A stretch of 64,000 nucleotides of DNA, taken from positions 1,302,001-1,366,000 of the forward strand of contig NW_027191452.1 in the NCBI RefSeq assembly GCF_011745625.1, given 5' to 3'. Under the pieces are notes generated by a model. The model had not been told where the DNA came from, made no database searches, and saw only the letters and a list, made by a program, of their open reading frames with translations. The position numbers and the translations under genes were made by a program. Source of the stretch: Cladosporium halotolerans (Eukaryota). Shown here in pieces: positions 48,873 to 60,156 of the stretch (position 1 is its first letter; each line of letters opens with the position of its first letter).

Positions 48873-51015
48873 ATGCCTTCAATGACACAATCAAAGGCTG
48901 CATTCACCGTTCGCCGGCAGGCGGTGTCTGCAACTCAGCAAGGTGAGTACATGCTCATTCCAGCCGCTGCAAGCTGACAGAGATGCTGACGCGTTGTAGC
49001 TACTGCCCACACCTGGCCGGTCACATCAACGACTTCGACGCGCATGCCGCCACATGCGTCGACGAGGTTTCCTAGATCGACTACGCTGCCCTCTCGCTTC
49101 CAAAACACCGCCACTCTTTCCAGCGTCGCTGACAGCACCATCACTTCGTCAACGGCTTCGAGCGGTCTGGGTCTGTGCTCGCTCAGATCCTTGGACTCTT
49201 CTGTCCAGTCTGCGGAGACTGGCTTCCACGCGCCTCCGCCCACCATCGATCTGGCTGTAGCCAGAGCCGCCCGCCCCTCTCGTTTTCAGCGGTCGGCAAC
49301 TCCTTCTGTCGCATCTGACAACACCTCTGGCAGTGACTCTCAGTGCACTGCGTCCATTCGTTCGGCTACGGCCTCCAGCGCCTCTGGGAAAACCTCTCGT
49401 TTCTCCACCTCCCAGCGGTCGGACACAGCTTCTAGCGCATCTGGAAGCACCTCAACTTCATCCACCAGGTCGAGCTGGTACATCCCTCTTTCCATCTCCG
49501 ACTCGACCAGGCAGTCTGTGGAAACTGGCATCCACGCACCACCTCCGTCTCTCGCTTCGGTCCAGGTGCCCTCTCAGGTGACTCGTGCTGTCGCCAAGTA
49601 CGTCGCGGAGGACTGGACCATCAACTCCGATTTCTCGATCACCGAGAAGAAGAAGCCGCTCACTTACGGCACGATTCCGGACGAGGTCCACCTTCCCGCT
49701 CGTTACGACAACGAGTACTTCGTTGACCTGGAGGGTCAAAAGATCACCGCCGACTGTCGCCTGCACGCGACTCAGCAAAGGCTCGCGGTCACATACCGCA
49801 AGCTGATCGAGCAGGGCGAATGCCCGAAACGTTTCAACGCTGAGTCGCAGGCCGACCTCAAGCGGCAGATGGTCATGACCATCGAGGAGATCACCAAGAT
49901 TGACGACGCTGTCGTCAAGGGCCAGGTGACAAACTGCTATCTCGACTACGTCGAGACCGCTTACGGTTTGACCCCTGCAATCTCTTCTACCAACCATCTT
50001 TCCTTTCGCTTGATGCTAACGGCGACTGCTTAGACTTTTCCAAGCCGTTGCCCGAGGATGCCGAGATCAGCACGGCGTTCAAGAACAAGGAGGCCAACGC
50101 GTTCCGGACCCCTTGCGTCGAGGACGCAGAACAGCTCATCGAGCTGATGAGCCAAGGCGTTGAGAACGCCTTCCCCGTCTTCGTGAGCTGACCCAATGCA
50201 TTTGGCGGCTTAGGCAGCACCCCGCTGACACAACCACTCCACAGAGGCAATGGATGATGAAGCGCCAGGAAGCGTTCCTCGCGAACGCGACCTACAAGAT
50301 TCTCACCATGGCCGCCGAGACGCGCCCCAAGCTGCGCGCCCGCCTCGAGTGGGAGCGCACTGGCAAGCTCGTCCGACTGCCCGTGCCCTGCTGCGAGGAG
50401 GAGCCCGTTCCCGAGGAGCAGCTCATTCCCTCTGCCGCTGCCAGCAAGCCCCGCCGCAAGCGCCAGCCCCCCGTCATCGAGTGCCCGATGCTCGACGACA
50501 ACAACCCGCCCAAGCGCCCGGAGACGTACTCTCTGGAGGAGCTGGCGGCGACCAAGAAGGAGGACGGCCTGATGACGCGCTGGATGCGCAAGCTGGGCGC
50601 CTGCTGGGGCGAGGAGGGCATGTCGTTCGCGCAGATCTTCTCGTGGCGCGAGCGCAAGTGGGACGCGCAGATCCGCAACGAGCAGCGCCTCTACATCGCC
50701 TGGGAGAGGAAGCACGGCCGCCCGTTCCCGCACAGCACCGGCATCAAACCTTCTGCTCCTCACAGGCCTTTCAGGATCGTGCGCGGGCCGGTGCCGAGCA
50801 AGGGGGAGGTCCAAGCGATTCTGAAGCGCAACAGCCATGTGGACGAGGAGACTTGCTCGGAGACTTCTGACGAGGATCTGGAGTCTGAGGTCAGCGAGCA
50901 GGAGCAGCAGGAAGAGGACCAGGACAACACCTCCTCCTCCAGCGTGAGCCAGCGCTTCGCCACCTGGTCGTCGCAGAAGTTCGCGGGCCTCATGAACTTC
51001 CTCGGCATCCAGTGA
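48873..51015 (+). CDS. Hypothetical (orphan-like) protein, about 650 aa; exons 48873-48942, 49000-49965, 50034-50182, 50245-51015
   Basis: Three GT-AG introns with CTRAC branch points join four pieces in a single frame. Ser/Thr-rich N-half, globular-looking C-half, acidic tail. No family recognised. Confidence 0.72.
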
Positions 51016-51314
51016 GCAACTGACTGACTGGCCACGGCTTCCTCGATGCCCGCTTTTCGGCGCCGACTGGTATCTGCTCCGGCAGTAGTACCTTTCGCGA
51101 CCGGACTCCGACAAGAGCCCGCGGCGCTCGATGCGAGGCGGTTGGGCTCTGGAGTTTGCTTGCGAGTTGGCGCTGGGAGGGGCTTGGCATTATTTTCTCG
51201 GTTTCTTCGACAAGGGGTTTCGCTTAGGATTGACCAGCGGTGGAGGCAGCAGTGGAGCAATCTGGGCCTGCTTGCCTTTTGGACCGCCGGGCTTTTCTCG
51301 ACGACGAACCGCTG

Positions 51315-51530
51315 ATGGTAGCAGCATGGCCTTTGGGAAGTGCCTACCTTACTCTTCATCCGACGCGTTCTCAACAGGATCCGCCAATGGTAGCAGCATG
51401 GCCTCTGGGAAGTGCCTACCTCACGCATCATACAACGCCTTCACAACAGGATCAGTCAACGGTAGCAGCATGGCCTCTGGGAAGTGCCTACCTCACTCAT
51501 CATACAACGCCTTCACAACCGGATCTCTCA
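51315..51530 (+). repeat. 72-bp tandem repeat, 3 well-conserved units plus degenerate flanking copies (about 51240 and 51563)
   Basis: A(T/C)GGTAGCAGCATGGCCT(T/C)TGGGAAGTGCCTACCT... starting at 51315, 51387 and 51459. Confidence 0.92.
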
Positions 51531-52748
51531 TCAAAAAGTCAACAAGCGTCAACAAGCAACAAGTAGCAGCAGGGCCGCTGGGAACTGCCTACTTCACAAA
51601 CCAGCCCACAATCTCCAAGGATCATCAACTCCCTCCAGGACCAACCCCACCGCTCCCGCAGCAAGCACCACAATCAGCCGCGACCGATCTTTCCCACCGC
51701 TGACAGCCACTGCTCCCGACCAGCTCTGCTTCAGCACCACAGCTTACCCAGCAACCCAGCCCGCCGTTGGCAGCGAGGCGAAAACCGTGAGTACCAAGGT
51801 TACGTATCCCCATCTCTTTTTTTCCAAGACCAAAAACCAAATAATCTGCCCTGGCGAGTGCAAGTGGCGGCTCGCACGAGGACCCAATCCGGCAACCAAA
51901 AAAAAAAAAAACTCTGCTTTTCTCGCGCATTTGACATCTACACACCGGCCGATCTATGGGCTTAATTGACTATCTATGGCCTGCGGGCACCACTTACTCA
52001 AAGACAGAATTTTCCGTCGGTCGAGCGTTGAGAAGCGAGAGAGTGCTGACTGTGCTACTGACTTTCACAGGTTGACAGGTTACAGATGCCCTTCTCTTCT
52101 TCCTCTCCTTTGCCCCGAATGCAAGGAACACCACCAACCCATATTCCCGCGCCGAAGAGATTTCTCCATCGACTTCCTCAAGCGCAGCGAGGCCGGCTTT
52201 TCAGGACTCTGGATGCTGGTAGCGGCGCTTAGATTCGGAGGAGCGTGGGCGGGATGTGGATTTGAGTGGGAGGGCTCAGTGCGCTCTAGGGGCTTTCAAA
52301 GCGGCTGCTTGGGATGGGGAGCTTGAGGGCTTCCTGTGGGCGGTTGTGGAGGGTTTTGGAGCGTGCCGGGTTGCAAATTGGGATTCGGGGGTTTGTGATG
52401 GGAAGGGAGCGGAGGTGGACTGGTTGGGTGGGGGATGAGGGTTGGAGTGAGACGGGGTGTGGGGTTAGGATGAATGGGATCATGGCGTTGACTTGCTTCT
52501 GCTTGAATTATTGCAGGATTGGCTTGGGACTCATGTTTGCTTCGACGAGAAGCTACAGGGGTGGATCAATCCTACGCGATCGTTGCAAGGCACTTTCATT
52601 AGGCTTGCGCGATGCCTTCAGCGGATACAGTCAAGTCAAATCCGAAACTGTCATTCATTTAATTTGTGTCCAAAACATCGTCGTCTCAATCTGATCCATG
52701 CCGCGAAAACGAAATGCCATCAAGCGCAGAGCCATGCAATGCCATACA

Positions 52749-55003
52749 CTATGCCGGAATCCCCACGCTCTCCAACGCAAGCAACGCAAACCACCCGCCC
52801 ACGACCGGCCTCGCCCTGAAATTCGGCGGCCCAACCGCAAACCCACCCGTCGACGCCTCATACAAATCGGTCGCCGGGCGGTTCGTGCTAGTCTCGTCGA
52901 TCCACTTCGCCAGCCGCCCGACCATCTCGCCCCGCGTCTGCTCGCCCGCCACGGCCGCCGCCCACATCTCCCAGTCGTTCTTGGCCCAGCCGTGGCGCGT
53001 GTCGAGCGGGACTCCGAACGCCTCCGCGATCGTCGGGTAGAAGGCCGACTGCATTTCGTACACGTCGCGGGGCACGAGGTCGGTCTGCACGAGCGAGTCC
53101 GCGTACAGGTTGTACAGCAGGCCGTGCGAGTCGGGGTTGCCGTAGGAGAGGGTCGTGTGCGGTGGGGAGGCGGCGCTGTTGATGCCCAGCTCCTGCCAGC
53201 GCGCGATGTAGTCGGTGGCTGTGGAGGAGAAGTTGGCGGCGTCGTCGGCGTGGTCGGTCAGGTTGGCGATGCCGCTCATGGCTTGGATGGCGATGATGCC
53301 CTTGAGCGCGAGGTTGGTCTGGTTCTCGAGCGCGCCGGCGAAGTCGTCGGTGCTCTGCTGCGAGGCCGGGATGAGGGTGTTGCCGACGAGGTACGCGGCC
53401 CACTGGCGCAGGCTGTCGTAGTGCTGCGAGAGGAAGGCCGTGTCGCCGGATTTCTGCGCGTAGGCGAGCGCGAGGATCAGCATGTTGCCGCTTTCTTCGA
53501 CGGGCATCTCTTGCGTTTGCTCGTTCGCGTGGCCCGTCGCGTTGGGGTAGTGGAAGCCGATATCGTGGATGGCGGAGTCTTTCGACCAGAGCCCGTTCTC
53601 GACCACGATGTAGACAGGGTCGAGCAGGTATTTGAGCCATGCTGGGTTGAAGTACATGAGCAGCGGGGATGCTGGGAAGATCACATCGACGGTGTTCATG
53701 TTGCCGTTTGATGAGATTTCCTTCATGAAAATGTATGGAGTCTCCTCAGTACCGGCAAGCTGCGTAGCACCCCAAGCCTGGCGTGCCGCTAGCGAGACGA
53801 CCGTGACATAGTCCTGGCCGCCAACTTGCATGGCATCATTGGAGACCTTTTCATCAAGCTCGACCGACTTGTCATGCACATTCTGGTAGTCGTCATGGAA
53901 GAACGACAAGGCCCGAGCCTTGTCGCTATGCTGGCCACGCCACAGACTAGGGACTCCTCGCAGACCAGAACCCGTGTTGAATTGATGACTCTCCTCTTGG
54001 GCCAGGAACATCGTGAAAAGCGACGTCACCTCGGAGCTACCGACTCGACCGAGGTCGACGCTGTATCCGAAGACTGGCCATCTGTCGTTGATTGCGCGGT
54101 AGTTGCTGTCAGCCGAATTGTCGAGCGCGCCCGTATCGGTGAACTGCTTCCGCACGTCGATGTCTGCGCCCGATCGGTGCGTCAGACCGTCTCTGGCTGA
54201 GGTGGCGTAATACCAATTGCCCCACTCGGCTTGATCGTTCCACTCGCTGAAGGCAGCCTGGCTCTGCCTGGCAAATCTGTGATACTCGACTTCCGAGTCG
54301 TCCCCAACAGTATCATACGACCATTCGACGAGCTGTCTCCGGTCTCCAGAGGCCCATTCTGAGACACTGTCAATACGGTGTTACGTAGCGTGCATGACAG
54401 TTGAGAGACATACCTGCAGATACATCGGTGTATATTTGGATGTCATGTTCCTGGCCGTCTTTCGAAGACACGTCGACGGACATGTACGAAACGGAGGCGC
54501 TCTGTCGCACGAGGTCATCCGGAGAAATTGGCGACAGGAATTCAACCTTCAGCGAGACAACACCGCCTACATCAAAGTCGAAGATCGACCGCGTAGACGT
54601 ATACGAGAATGATGTCTGATCAGCGACCTCCGGTAGCGGGTCCGGATTGCCCATCCAGGTGTAGGTAGTGTTGTCTACACGGACGAGGCCAGTCCATCCG
54701 GTGATCTCGCCACTATGCCGACATTAGTATTCCTGCAATATGTCGGTCGATGCACGTCGTTGTCCGTACTTCCAAAAAGTCGGCCATTGGCCCGCGAGGT
54801 AGCCTCCATTACTCCCACTGCCGCCTGCAGGTTGCCAGGCTAGCCACGCGTCAGTAACATGATGATCCCATCTAGATAAGAGACATACTGCTGAGATACG
54901 GCGATCTGACAGCAAGAGGTATCGCTGGTGGCCGTGCAGGATCGAAGGTGGATTGCGCTGCTGCAAGTGCGGTGCACAACGAAAGGTAGAGGATTGTCGT
55001 CAT
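52749..55003 (-). CDS. gtaA: Secreted glutaminase A (GtaA family); 4 exons
   Basis: MTTILYLSLCTALAAAQSTFDPARPPAIPLAVRSPYLS, KEISSNGNMNTVDVIFPA, HDIG..YPNATGH, MPVEESGNM, QSTDDFAG.L.NQTNLALKG, ARPVVGG. Confidence 0.9.
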
Positions 55004-56118
55004 GACGCGTGTTGGCTACCACGATAGCAGGTGCTCCGGGCGAAAATGAGAAGCGTGGATCATGGTGGGCGATCTTCTCAAAGATGTACTCCCCTTTTCC
55101 ACCAGCCAGCGCAGTTACTACGGTGGTCAGGCGTTGTGGACGATCGACATATGTGCAGCGAATGCAGACATCGCATGTCTGGTGAATAGAAGCTCGGTGC
55201 GCATGATCCACCGCGTCGTGTGATTCCGGACGGCACTAGGGCGAGACGATGCAACTACAGAGCAGCATGCCAGAGTCCGCCAAGCGAAATGTATGCTGTG
55301 CGGCAGGGAGAGAGCTCATGCGAGGGGCCAACATACGAATAACAGGGGCTGGATAAACGTGTTTATGAGACCCTGCTCCCTATGTCTCAGCTGCCAGCTG
55401 AATGGTAGAGTGATTTGGTCCCGAGGCGCTTCCCCTGGGGTTGAAGCGGCGGGAAATGTTTCGGATTCGGCGGGCCGTTCTGGCTAGGAGAGACATCCTG
55501 TCAACTTCACCTTGCCCCCTGCTAAGCACCAAGCGAATGAATTGGCATGAGAGCAAAGTACTGGCTCTGCGAGAATTGTTCGACGAACGAGCATGTCATT
55601 GGTTTCTAGTGCACCGGGGTCTGTGTGTCTTCAGTCCGAAAGCTTGCAGGAGGACTAGTGAAAAGCACGGAGGCCAGCTGAGGCCGGACAAACTAAAGCT
55701 GTAGAGTGTCATCCGGCACTTCTAGTAGGCTCTCACAAGCAGCGAAGGTACTTGCGCTTCCCAAATGATTCAAGGACTAGTCGAAGCTGGTGACAGTGAT
55801 GTTGTAGCACGAGGTCGTGTCGTCGGAACAAGGTCAAGCTTCAAAAGGAGGAGCGGTCTTGGCGGGGCCACGTCCACGTGCCAGCAACTTCCGAACTTGG
55901 GGGTGTACTGCATCAAGATGCCTTTTCCGCACATTTAATTTGTTTATCACACGCGCCGAAAGCTACCGACCGAGCCACGCTTGTGATCAGTTTTACGTAC
56001 AAGACCTGTCTGCATTCAATACGTGCATGGACCCCAACCAAGAAACACCAGCTACGGCCTCCAACTTCAGTATCACTAGCCGCCTGGCGGCAAACGCAAC
56101 GGCTGTCGATCCGCCACC

Positions 56119-56886
56119 ATGCCGGCAACAGACATCACAGAACTGTCCTCCTCGGAGCAAACTTTTCTCGACCCCTACTTGCCTTCACCAAGCGCACCTT
56201 CAGCCTCCGGCAAGTCTGCAAAATTACCATTTGTAACTCTAACCTACGCTTGCTCCCTCGACGGCATGATCGCCCTGGCTCCCGGTGTGCGGACCGCCCT
56301 CTCAGGCCCTGAGACGAAAAGCATGACACATTACTTGCGGCTGAAGCACGACGCGATCCTCGTCGGGGCTGGTACAGCCGTGGCAGATTTGCCGAGTCTC
56401 AACTGCCGATATCCTGGAGCTGAGTTCGACGAGCAACCGCAGCCTGTAATCGTAGATCCAAGACGGAGATGGAAGGTTGAGGGTTCGGCTCTGGGCAGGT
56501 TAGCGGAAGAGGGTAAGGGAAGGCAGCCTTGGGCTGTCAGTCTTGGTGGCAACAGCGATGAGGCCTGCAAGCGCCTGGTAGTCGAGGAGAGCGAGGGCGG
56601 AAGAATGGATTGGGAGACGGTGCTGCGAAAATTGAAAGCTGAGGGAATCAGGAGCGTGATGGTTGAGGGCGGCGCGACGGTGATTAATGCGCTGCTTGCG
56701 GAGCCCGGGCTAGTAGACTCTGTGATCGTGACGATTGCTCCCACATGGCTTGGGCAAGGAGGATTAGCCGCTTGTCCGGCTGTCACGACTGTGGACGGAC
56801 GGAGAGTGAACGCTGCAAGATTGGCGGACACCACTTGGCGGCAATTTGGCGCTGATGCAGTTTTGTGCGGCAGACTCGGAGCGTGA
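56119..56886 (+). CDS. RIB7: 2,5-diamino-6-ribosylamino-4(3H)-pyrimidinone 5'-phosphate reductase (riboflavin biosynthesis)
   Basis: PFVTLTYACSLDG, SGPETKSMTHYLR..HDAILVGAGT, SVMVEGGATVI, VTIAPTWLG. Confidence 0.92.
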   Translation: MPATDITELSSSEQTFLDPYLPSPSAPSASGKSAKLPFVTLTYACSLDGMIALAPGVRTALSGPETKSMTHYLRLKHDAILVGAGTAVADLPSLNCRYPGAEFDEQPQPVIVDPRRRWKVEGSALGRLAEEGKGRQPWAVSLGGNSDEACKRLVVEESEGGRMDWETVLRKLKAEGIRSVMVEGGATVINALLAEPGLVDSVIVTIAPTWLGQGGLAACPAVTTVDGRRVNAARLADTTWRQFGADAVLCGRLGA

Positions 56887-59800
56887 AGCGAACGCTGATT
56901 GTTGGTGAGGAACCTCATTCGAATAGCGCAGTTCTGTCCGAATGACAACCTGAACTCATAGTCGCTTGGATTTGGAATTGAGTGATCTTTCTGGACAGCA
57001 TATCACCACATACCACTGACACAGGATGGCCAAAATGTGGATGGCGTCCAGACCATAGGATCTGCAAGCGGTGTCCGCCTACGCCAGGCTGTGACACGTA
57101 AGTTTATTGGATATCATTGATCTCCACTCATCTGTCCAAACTGATTAACAAGTTGCTTTGCAACTTATGGAGAGGAAGACCTTGATCGAGTAGTCCTATG
57201 GCCACGACTCTCTGCGTTCGACGAACGTGGGCCCTCATCAAAGTCTCGCGTTACACGGCCTCAATTCAGCAAGCGAGCGCCTCCTGAATCTCGACGCTCC
57301 CTTGCTTCTAATGTTTGAGGGCGCGGTGAAAATCGGCGAGTCTATTTGTCGATCGTGCATCAAAGATAGGAAAGTGGTATACCGATGAGGCGCCGGATGG
57401 CGCCATGCGGAGACGATGGCGAGTGGTCGCGACGCCTGGCGCTTGGTCTCTTCGGAAGTAGTGTAGCAACCTAGCCGTGTGCCGAAGACCTCGCTCTCGA
57501 CTTTGTTTCCTTCGTGCATATGATCTAGACTGATGAATGCTCGACGTACCGGTCCGCGTGGTCATTACCCCGTGGCCGGCGACGAAATGATCTACGAGCG
57601 CATCTCTGCGCACGCGCATGTGTACCTTGACCTCCTCCCGCGCCAGGATCTGGTGACCTAGGGTGCGTGCCGCTTGCGGAACAAGGCACCGGTCTGAGAA
57701 AGTGACAGGTTCTCGGCATCGATTCCTGCTGGACCATCGCCGCCTCCCATCGAAGCCGCCCGCACTTCTTGCCGGCGGCGTTATGGTTAAGCGAAATAGT
57801 ACTCGAGCCAATCCATGTTGGCACCAGTCAGGCCAAGGACGGGTGGGAGACAAAAAGAGAGGCGTGCAGATGGCCAAGCAGACAGGGTGTAGGGTTGCGG
57901 AAGAGTACTGCCGCGGCTCGTTGCGCCATCCAGCTGCAGCGCTTGCCGCTGACGGACGGGCGCTCGTGGTGCTGTCGCATGGGGATCGGCGACAGCGTGG
58001 GCAAGCAGATCCCCGCCCGTGATCGCCAGGCGTACCTATAGTAGCACAAGCGTGGCAGACGGCGTGGCGAGGAAACCCGACTGCCTGGCTCTGCCGAAAC
58101 GAGGAGCTGCCATCGCCCGTCCAGTCGGGAAGCGATGGCGCAAGCCTTGATTACGACCTCGAGCTCGGCACTTGTTGTTCGACTGCTGGCCTCTCTCGCT
58201 CCCTCGTCCCATGACTCGCTTTGGCGTGCGGCCAGGGGCTGTCTGGCGGCCGCGCCAACTATGCCCCGCCCACCCTATACTGCACAAGCATCCGCCCCAG
58301 CACCACCGCCGGCGGCGCGCTCGCCTTTCTGGCGTCCGAATGGGTCGTCAGAGCATGCGAGGGACGCAGCCGCAGCCGCATCTCCACGACGCGATGATCC
58401 ACGCCTGCAAGCCGTGAACAGCGTGGCACCGCAGCCGGCTCGAAGCAGATTGTCTTTTGCCCTTCTCGATCGTCGCTATCTGCTGCGGACTGACGGAGCG
58501 TCGGCACCAGTGCACGTTCCCGTGGCTACGAGCAATGTGATCTCGCAGCTCATGGAGGATTCGTTTGCTGTGGCCTCAGCTCCTACCGCAGCCGTCGTCG
58601 CCGCTCCAGGCGCCAAACGCAGCCATTTGTAGAGTCGGCATACCGAACCGCGGACGAGATCACTGATGCTCGTACCGCAGCCCGAGCCGACCTGCCTCAA
58701 GCCTCCTTGGACCCCCCTCAAACGGACCAAAGCTGCGCGCCGGCGGTCGGGGAAGGCGGCTCGAGGTCGTTCAGCCGGCATCTCCCGCCGCCTCGTGCTA
58801 CTGCACCTCTCTCTACCCATGACGACTCCCCCTGTCACTGTCTGCTTCTCCATCGCACGCATTTGCAGCCCTCAAAGCCACGATCTGGCCGTTTCTATTT
58901 GTCACCCCTGTGCAGGGCCCGCTCTGATGGTTGTCAGTTCTGACACTCCAATGCGTGCCAAGATGCTCGTTGCCTCCTTCGACCCTTCTCTGCAGGCCCA
59001 CCCGGTGGATCTCACGCTGAAGAAATGTGCCTGTCGTCACGAAGAACAGAAATTGCCGAGATGATCGATTCTCCCGAGTGTTTGTGACGACCTAAACGAG
59101 GGTCTCGCTCAGGGGGAGCAATCTCGCTTCGTAATTGCAGTCAAGGCGGGTATTCTCGTCGTTTTTTGGGCTGTCTGTTCGCGATTCGTGCTGGAGTTGC
59201 AGCTGTAACATGTTGCAATTAACCATAGGAGCTTTCCCCGAGGGTGCGGCCCGCGATCATTCCGTTGCCAGATCTGCCGGGGCTGCTTTCGTGGACCTCC
59301 AGGGCTTAGCCACCAGCTGTCCCAATCCACAAATCTGGGTCAGCCATTGTGCCACTTGAGATCTAGAGGATCTGGAAAGTTGCGCCGGGACCGCCTCCCA
59401 ACCGTGCGGTAATCTTTTGTGATTGTCGGGCCTGCTTGTCCGCATGCATGTGACAAGCAGGTCGCAAGGATCTTTTGTCAAGCCCATCCTTGCGGGCAGG
59501 CTTGTGCGCCTGATGAACAGCAATCAGCCGTTGCCTACAATCGAGATATTAGTAGATCTCAGGGCGCCAATCGCCGGTGCTCGTTCGATCCTCCGAGTGT
59601 TGTCCTTGTTCATGCCCCATTTGGCTGCTGGACTAACGTGGTAGCTCAAGCGAGTGCTTCGTTCCCACCGCCGCTAGGTCGGTTGACCGTGTATAGGATG
59701 GTGTAGGTTTGCGCTCTATCTCGAGACGGGCACACAGCACACGAATTGTGGGACGAGGGCCCTGATGCCTTTAGCTTGGCCCGGACTGTCACTGTTCGAG

Positions 59801-60156
59801 CATCCTTTTTTTTGGCTCTTGCCACCTGGGCCTCTCCGTTTGTACCAACGGCTTCCCTTGCACCTCCGCTCATTTACAGCCACAACGAACGCCTCGCCGC
59901 GGATATTGTCCTTCTTCCAAGAGGGCGCATGCAGGTCCGTCTCTCGAGAGAATAGTAGGCGATCTCCAGATGCAGCCTATGACGCCAAGTACCTTTGGTG
60001 CTTGACAGATTCCGGCTACCTGGATTCGACGGTCATGCTGTGCGTATGCACTTATGTAGATCCTCTGTCGCTACCTGACAGACGGATCTTGTCTGAACCT
60101 AGACCACTTCTTCCTTGCTTGCCACTTTCCGGTACCAACCGTCTGGTCTCCTCGAC

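Noticed and set aside
50143..50165. Hammerhead-like CTGATGA-GCC-AA-GGC-G
   Set aside because: The required GAAA is missing and the site lies in a coding exon. The CTGATGA at about 38068 fails the same test.
51315..51530. CRISPR-like look (35-nt near-identical block every 72 nt)
   Set aside because: The intervening segments are homologous to one another, the genome is eukaryotic and no cas genes are present. It is a tandem repeat.
51898..51910. A13 run as a possible retroposon tail
   Set aside because: No target-site duplication or RT remnant is visible, and the upstream gene retains introns.
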